From: Oligoflexia bacterium
Lineage (GTDB): Bacteria; Bdellovibrionota; UBA1018
DNA length: 64,000 nt
NCBI GenBank assembly: GCA_963758495.1
Contig: CAVWVI010000003.1
Coordinates: 1-64,000, forward strand
Direction: 5' to 3'
Shown here: positions 58,418 to 64,000 of the stretch, piece after piece
How positions within the stretch are numbered: position 1 is the first letter of the stretch
How the letters are laid out: each line of letters begins with the position of its first letter
The notes under the pieces: model-generated
What the model saw: only the letters and a program-made list of their open reading frames with translations
Told to the model about the DNA's origin: nothing
Databases searched by the model: none
Position numbers and translations under genes: made by a program

Positions 58418-59437
58418 ATGTTACTAAAAAAATATTTATTTTCGGTATCTATTTTATTTGCATATAGCTTTTTCTTATTCTACTCATACTCCACTCAGGC
58501 AAGTTCACTGAATCCCAATATCCCCACTCTTTCTGGAACATTTATTCAATATCAATCTTGGATGTTACAGTTAGACCCAAACAAATGGACCCATGAGCTA
58601 GATTCTATGAAAAACATTGGAATCCATACTATTATCATTCAATGGCTTAAATCTGACCAAACACGTTTTTACCCTATTCATGCTCTTGGAAATGATCCCA
58701 CAGAAATTATCTTAAGTTATGCAGACAAAAATAACATTAAGGTCATTCTAGGCTTAGAATACAGTAGAGATTGGTGGACAAAATGGGATGACGAGTCCTT
58801 TCTTAGCGCTATAGTAAAAAAGAACATCCAATTTGGAAAAAATATCTTATTAAGGTACCAACACCACCCTTCATTTTCCGGATGGTATATTCCATACGAG
58901 ATGAGTGACGCAGATTTTGATGAAACCGAGATCAAAAACCTGCATACCTTTCTGAAAGACTTCTCTAGTGGGGTAAAAAAACTCTCTAAAAAAAAATATT
59001 CTATTTCACTTTCTACCTTTTTCTCAAACAAAATACCTCCCGCAGCAGTTCAAGAAAACTATATGAAAATTTTATATAAAAGTGGAATTGACATTCTCTT
59101 AGTTCAAGATGGCGTAGGTACAAATAGTTGGAATTCTCAAATAGCAGATAAAGTTACTCCCTATATCGCTGCTTATCGCACTGCAGCTATAAATAATAAA
59201 ATCCACGTCTGGAACATAGTCGAAAGCTTTACTACACTCAAAGATGCATCAGGAAATAATACAGGACGCGCTCCGACAGACATCAATCGCTTGAAAGAAC
59301 AACTAAAAGTTTTATCTTCTACTGTACCTGAAAAAATTCTAACTTTTGACTTTTTTCATTACATGAGCCCACATCGAGGCGAAGCTCAAAAACAACTGTA
59401 TGATCATTACATTCAAGAGCTTAAAAGCACTCGTTGA
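58418..59437 (+). CDS. DUF4434 (YbcH-like) putative glycoside hydrolase, exported
   Basis: SGTFIQ, W...LDSMKNIGIHTIIIQW, HPSFSGWYIPYE, VQDGVG, VESF. Confidence 0.78.
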   Translation: MLLKKYLFSVSILFAYSFFLFYSYSTQASSLNPNIPTLSGTFIQYQSWMLQLDPNKWTHELDSMKNIGIHTIIIQWLKSDQTRFYPIHALGNDPTEIILSYADKNNIKVILGLEYSRDWWTKWDDESFLSAIVKKNIQFGKNILLRYQHHPSFSGWYIPYEMSDADFDETEIKNLHTFLKDFSSGVKKLSKKKYSISLSTFFSNKIPPAAVQENYMKILYKSGIDILLVQDGVGTNSWNSQIADKVTPYIAAYRTAAINNKIHVWNIVESFTTLKDASGNNTGRAPTDINRLKEQLKVLSSTVPEKILTFDFFHYMSPHRGEAQKQLYDHYIQELKSTR

Positions 59438-59480
59438 TCAGAGATCATTCCAATAAATGACATCATTATTCATGATAAAC

Positions 59481-60677
59481 TCATAATGAAATATCTACCT
59501 CTTTATAAGGAGTGATTCGTGGTGGTGATTTCAAAGGAATAGCTTTTGAAATCGCCTCAGGGTTTCTTTGAAGATGAGATAAAATCTCATTGACAACCCG
59601 CTCGCTTGCAAAGCCATCTCCAAAAGGAGTCTTTATAAACCCTTCTTTAGACCTCTCCATCTGTAGCGCATAATTCAAGGCTATCTTAAGTCGATTTGGA
59701 TCTGTCCCCACCAATATCCCTCGGCACTGAAGCACTTCTGGACGCTCCGTCTCGTCTCGGGTGATCAAAACAGGCAAATCAAAGCTAGGAGCTTCCTCTT
59801 GAATCCCCCCTGAATCAGATACAACAACGGATGCGCGATCTAATAACGTAACAAAATCAGGATAATTGAGGGCGGGTACCAAATGCACCCCATCTAATTG
59901 CCCAAGGGCACTCTGAGCACTCTCATTTGCACTGGGATTAGGATGGGCAACATGAATCAGGATTGTGTCGTGTCTTTTCTGAACTTCTTCACCTAACGCT
60001 CTTAAAATCTTTATTAAAGGCTCACCTAGGTTTTCTCGGCGATGCCCAGTCGACAGGATTAATTTTTTACCATAAGGAATGATTGGGACTTCTTCAGGCC
60101 AATACCCAGTCTTTTTAATTTTTTCTCGAGCCCATAAAAGAGCGTCGATACCTGTGTTTCCAGTAGGAGCAGAGACGTGAGAATGCCCTTCTTTTAAGAG
60201 TATACTTCGAGATAACTCTGTAGGAGGAAATCTCCAAGTTGAAATCAAATCAATAACACGGCGATTCATTTCTTCTGGAAATGGAGAATTGATATCTCCA
60301 CTTCTCAACCCGGCCTCTACATGGGCAATTGGAATCTTCAGATGAAACGCTGCTAATGCTCCTGCCAAAGCGGTAGTCGTATCTCCCTGGACAACAACGA
60401 CAGACGGTCTTTTTTGAACAAGTTCTGCCTCCAATTTATTAAGAAGCTTAGAAAAGAGCTCATTTGAACTCTGACCTGCCTTTAAGAGCTTCCACTTTAC
60501 ATCACATTTCAAATCAAAAAATTCAGCTGGTCCGTTGGCCAAAGATAAATGTTGCCCTGTCATCCAAAACTCCACAGGTGCATTTTTTTGTATAAATTTA
60601 TGATAAACACGAGCCAACTTAATCACCTCAGGCCTAGTACCTGCTATGATCACTACTGGATTTGAAATAGCATCCAT
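59481..60677 (-). CDS. wecB: UDP-N-acetylglucosamine 2-epimerase (non-hydrolysing)
   Basis: GTRPEVIK, QGDTTT, HVEAGLRS, PFPEEMNR, HRREN, SDSGGIQEEAP, TERPE. Confidence 0.96.
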   Translation of the reverse strand: MDAISNPVVIIAGTRPEVIKLARVYHKFIQKNAPVEFWMTGQHLSLANGPAEFFDLKCDVKWKLLKAGQSSNELFSKLLNKLEAELVQKRPSVVVVQGDTTTALAGALAAFHLKIPIAHVEAGLRSGDINSPFPEEMNRRVIDLISTWRFPPTELSRSILLKEGHSHVSAPTGNTGIDALLWAREKIKKTGYWPEEVPIIPYGKKLILSTGHRRENLGEPLIKILRALGEEVQKRHDTILIHVAHPNPSANESAQSALGQLDGVHLVPALNYPDFVTLLDRASVVVSDSGGIQEEAPSFDLPVLITRDETERPEVLQCRGILVGTDPNRLKIALNYALQMERSKEGFIKTPFGDGFASERVVNEILSHLQRNPEAISKAIPLKSPPRITPYKEVDISL

Positions 60678-60746
60678 AAATCATCCTCTCACAGTATCAA
60701 TCTGAATTAATTTGAAAGCTCTCAAATACCTTGTTAGATATTATCT

Positions 60747-61544
60747 ATGAAATATTTTATGTCGATTAATATTTTTTTAATAATTTTTAGTGGAGCAATT
60801 TCAAATTGCTTCGCTGAAAGTCTAGACATACAAAATCAATCTCACTGGACGAACTTAAATGAAATATACTTTGAAAACTCACGCCTCACCAGAGCAGATA
60901 CCTATGCTGCATTCGGTCAGGTCCGATCTGGTGGGCATTGGGTCCCAGGCCAAATTGAAGCATACGCAATAACTCGAATGGGTGCAGATAGTAGAACCAT
61001 TCTCGATTCCTCAAATAATATTTATAATGATAACTATGTTTTTGCCGGCGTAGGTATAGATTACTTAGGACTTCTCCAAGGAGTACGCTTAGGTTTACAA
61101 ATAGGGGGATCATTTGATTTAAGCTCAAAAATTCAGGAGGGCGGTTTTGACTACCGCATAGGAACTCAGAGCTATCATGAAATTGAGTGGGTAAAGCGAA
61201 ACTTGTTGAGCGAAATATATTCAGAAGCGCTCTATTACCGACGTTATAATAACCTATTAAGCTCAGTCCAGTTTCGAACGATATATAATTTATTTCAATG
61301 GAATGAAGTAGGACATCGAATTGAACTGGGACCTATGATTAATTTAGTAGGCTCGACTGATCTTGATGGCCTTGATTATAATCGTTTTATAGAGTTAAGA
61401 ATGGGACCTCGACTCACTTTTCGTGGTCCTATCACTTTATCGTTATCACCTTTTTATACATTTGGAAGTCGCTGGGAAAGACCAACAACGTTACCCACTT
61501 ACCAAGACTTTAGGGTCCTGTTAACTGGATTTATTTCACTCTAG
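60747..61544 (+). CDS. Probable outer-membrane beta-barrel protein
   Basis: Signal peptide, alternating aromatic/Gly strands, hydrophobic C-terminal strand. Confidence 0.65.
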   Translation: MKYFMSINIFLIIFSGAISNCFAESLDIQNQSHWTNLNEIYFENSRLTRADTYAAFGQVRSGGHWVPGQIEAYAITRMGADSRTILDSSNNIYNDNYVFAGVGIDYLGLLQGVRLGLQIGGSFDLSSKIQEGGFDYRIGTQSYHEIEWVKRNLLSEIYSEALYYRRYNNLLSSVQFRTIYNLFQWNEVGHRIELGPMINLVGSTDLDGLDYNRFIELRMGPRLTFRGPITLSLSPFYTFGSRWERPTTLPTYQDFRVLLTGFISL

Positions 61545-61567
61545 TTCACAATTGTAAGTAGTTCCTT

Positions 61568-61589
61568 TAGGACTCCTTACAGTGCTTAC
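61568..61589. repeat. Second copy of REP-like arm
   Basis: TAGGACTCCTTACAGTGCTTAC is a 21/22 reverse complement of 57141-57162. Confidence 0.8.
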
Positions 61590-63029
61590 TCACAACTCGA
61601 ATTCTTCTTCCAATCCCATATCTCTAGCAACACCAAATCCTTCTGGAAGTTCATGCTCGGTTTTAATCCATTTGGGAACTGTCCCTAAAATCTTACTTTC
61701 TAGGTATTGTTTTGTAGCATGATAGGTCGCCAGAAAATTGATTATATTTGCTAAAGGCCATCTAATAGGAGCAAGAATAGCAAGCTTCCAACCATAAAGA
61801 AGCTGCACACACCAGACGCGTTGGAGCATTCTATTGATCATAAAAAAAATATTAATCTGTAAAAGCCAGAGAACAGGCCCCTTTCCAAAAAGCTCTTGCT
61901 GAAATCCAGGGTACCATCGCTCCCGAAAAACAGAATAAAAAAAGATAAAAAAAGCAAAAAGTACAAGTACATTACAAACAGGACCCTTTCTATCGCGAAA
62001 CAGAAAGTATTTATGTAACCCATCTCCCTTCCAACCTAGATGCTCTGTTCCTTGAAATGCTATTCCTAAAGTCCACCTAGACTTCTGCCGTATTGAAGCA
62101 CGAATAGATTTTGGAAAATACTCTCGAGTGGCAATAAAATCTTTCTGATTTCCTTCAAGTTTTAGGTAATAACAACTCAACTTTGATGAAACACCGTAAG
62201 CATGTGTGGATAGTCCCAATTCGTAATCTTCTGTCAAACTCTTTGTATTCATAAAATCTCCTGCTTGCTGCTTCAGACAAGCAAGAACAAATTTTCTAGA
62301 TAGGGCGGTTCCCACCCCTGCCGATGGAATTGCCGCTCCTAATCGATTTCGTACTAATACGGACTTAGTATGAGCTTCTGAGAATTCATCTATATAAATA
62401 CCAGCAACCAAGGAAAATGGAGATACCGGTAATGAAAATATTGGAACTTGAATAAAATCATAACGGTCTAGATCTTTATTTACTAATTTAAATTCTTCCT
62501 TGTGGATCAAATCTTCACTATCATGAACGATAAATGCATCATAGTTCACGCCAGTTTCCCTAGAAGATCGCAAAATACATCTAACAAGAACGTTCAACAT
62601 CTGTCCTTTACAGGTTGGACCTTCCATTGAATTCACTATAACGTGAACCTGAGAATTTTGAGAGGCTAACTCCCTGGCTTCTTGGAGCGTTGCAAGATCA
62701 TTAGGATAGACACCAATAAAGAATGAATAGTTTTGATAATTGATTGTGGCCAGATTACCACGAATCATATTTTTTAAGACTCCATGTTCTTTCCATGCGG
62801 CTACTAATACCGCAATTCGCTTCTCAGGTAGGCTTTGAATTGTCTTTTGCTCCTCCGAAGTGAGGACCGAAGGCTTCACTTTGAGTACATAGGCACAAAG
62901 ATCAATAATAAAATCATCTAAACCAAAAATAAAAAATAAAACTGCCATTGGAACTATGGCTTGAAAGGCAGCATGATCAAGAAATCTTATGATATGTGTG
63001 CTATCTCCATAAAATATGAAAGACTTCAT
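61590..63029 (-). CDS. nfrB: NfrB-like GT2 processive glycosyltransferase (no C-terminal MshEN region)
   Basis: GLDD..ID, AAWKE, GVYPND, GPTCK, HDSED, IDEFSEAH, PSAGVG, SLTEDYELG, TREYFP, RQKSRW, RDRKG, W.KTEH. Confidence 0.85.
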   Translation of the reverse strand: MKSFIFYGDSTHIIRFLDHAAFQAIVPMAVLFFIFGLDDFIIDLCAYVLKVKPSVLTSEEQKTIQSLPEKRIAVLVAAWKEHGVLKNMIRGNLATINYQNYSFFIGVYPNDLATLQEARELASQNSQVHVIVNSMEGPTCKGQMLNVLVRCILRSSRETGVNYDAFIVHDSEDLIHKEEFKLVNKDLDRYDFIQVPIFSLPVSPFSLVAGIYIDEFSEAHTKSVLVRNRLGAAIPSAGVGTALSRKFVLACLKQQAGDFMNTKSLTEDYELGLSTHAYGVSSKLSCYYLKLEGNQKDFIATREYFPKSIRASIRQKSRWTLGIAFQGTEHLGWKGDGLHKYFLFRDRKGPVCNVLVLFAFFIFFYSVFRERWYPGFQQELFGKGPVLWLLQINIFFMINRMLQRVWCVQLLYGWKLAILAPIRWPLANIINFLATYHATKQYLESKILGTVPKWIKTEHELPEGFGVARDMGLEEEFEL

Positions 63030-63191
63030 ATTATTCCACCCCAATTGACAAAATGAGCGCTGGTCTCAGACTCTGAAACCAAAAATCTTAATTTGCAAGA
63101 CTTTTTTGTAGCTGTTCAATCAGAATGGAATAAGTTAATTCTTGATAGGCATTGTCTTGATTCAATCTGATGATTGTGCGAAGTTAACCTC

Positions 63192-64000
63192 ATGAGGTCA
63201 TATTCTAAAAAGACTGCTATAATCGATCGCCACTGGCTTGAAGAAGCCATTCTAAAAATCGAAGCTGACTTTAACCGATCTGCAGATACGCACCTTTTTA
63301 AATTAAGTATTCCCACTTTCAAAGGAATTGAAATCTATCTAAAGGATGAATCTACTCACCCTACCGGCAGTTTGAAGCATCGACTTGCTCGATCACTTTT
63401 TCTTTACGGACTTTGTAATGGAAAAATCCAGGAAGGCACAACAATTATCGAGGCATCATCGGGAAGTACTGCTGTTTCAGAAGCTTACTTTGCAAAGCTC
63501 TTGGGCTTGCCTTTTATTGCCGTTATCCCTCGTTCTACGTCTGAAGAGAAAATCGCTCAAATCTTATTTTATGGAGGAAAGGTACATTTAGTAGACGCTC
63601 CAGCCACAGTTTACTCTGAGTCTGAACGCTTAGAAAAGGCGACAGGTGGATACTATATGGATCAGTTTACTTTCGCTGAACGTGCAACAGACTGGCGAGG
63701 AAATAATAATATCGCCGAGTCAATATTTACTCAATTACAATATGAAAAATATCCAACTCCTTCTTGGATTGTTTGTGGCGCAGGCACAGGAGGAACCTCG
63801 GCAACACTGGGGCGCTTTATTCGTTATCGCCGTCTAAATACTCAGATCTGCGTAGTCGATCCTGAAAATTCAGTTTTTTATGATTATTACTTATCAAAAG
63901 ATAAAGCGACAGCTTCTTCTGTCTCTTCTAGGATTGAGGGCATCGGAAGGCCTCGCGTAGAAGCTTCCTTTCTTCCAGAAGTAATTGATCGAATGATCAG
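63192..64000 (+). CDS. PLP-dependent cysteine synthase family protein (Cds1-like cysteine desulfhydrase), runs off the window
   Basis: Not in the ORF track; translated by hand: [48 protein letters not shown]. Confidence 0.9.
   Translation, partial: MRSYSKKTAIIDRHWLEEAILKIEADFNRSADTHLFKLSIPTFKGIEIYLKDESTHPTGSLKHRLARSLFLYGLCNGKIQEGTTIIEASSGSTAVSEAYFAKLLGLPFIAVIPRSTSEEKIAQILFYGGKVHLVDAPATVYSESERLEKATGGYYMDQFTFAERATDWRGNNNIAESIFTQLQYEKYPTPSWIVCGAGTGGTSATLGRFIRYRRLNTQICVVDPENSVFYDYYLSKDKATASSVSSRIEGIGRPRVEASFLPEVIDRMI

Noticed and set aside
63116..63837. Three short ORFs in the track near the window end
   Set aside because: They are shadows of the real cysteine synthase-family CDS starting at 63192, which has no stop inside the window.

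Overview
This is a bacterial chromosomal window of moderate-to-low GC; gene content is suggestive of a Bdellovibrionota/Oligoflexia-like organism (inference only). It opens with an IS607-family element (tnpA serine recombinase plus tnpB). The tnpB gene is split by a complete 2,413-nt group II intron (1068-3480) that encodes its own RT/maturase. Removing the intron restores one in-frame 501-aa TnpB with the rearranged, Fanzor-like RuvC site (DP / GD / distal E / D), and a candidate omegaRNA scaffold lies at the right end. Most of the rest is housekeeping: polA, gmhA, trxA, htpX, uppP, a POT transporter, hppA, acnA, HU, FAH/maiA, aroAECK, purU, a DHS-like gene, aceBA, menA, a polyprenyl synthase and a cysteine synthase-family gene running off the end. 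Accessory modules are an AT-rich ThiF + LuxI/FeeM-like acyltransferase + paired XRE/V4R-like regulator island, a HigBA-type toxin-antitoxin pair, an ebo cluster lacking a recognisable eboA, an NfrB/WecB/DUF4434 (N4-glycan-receptor-like) exopolysaccharide locus, and several REP/MITE-like palindromes. All protein calls come from motif recognition by eye; no database searches were run.
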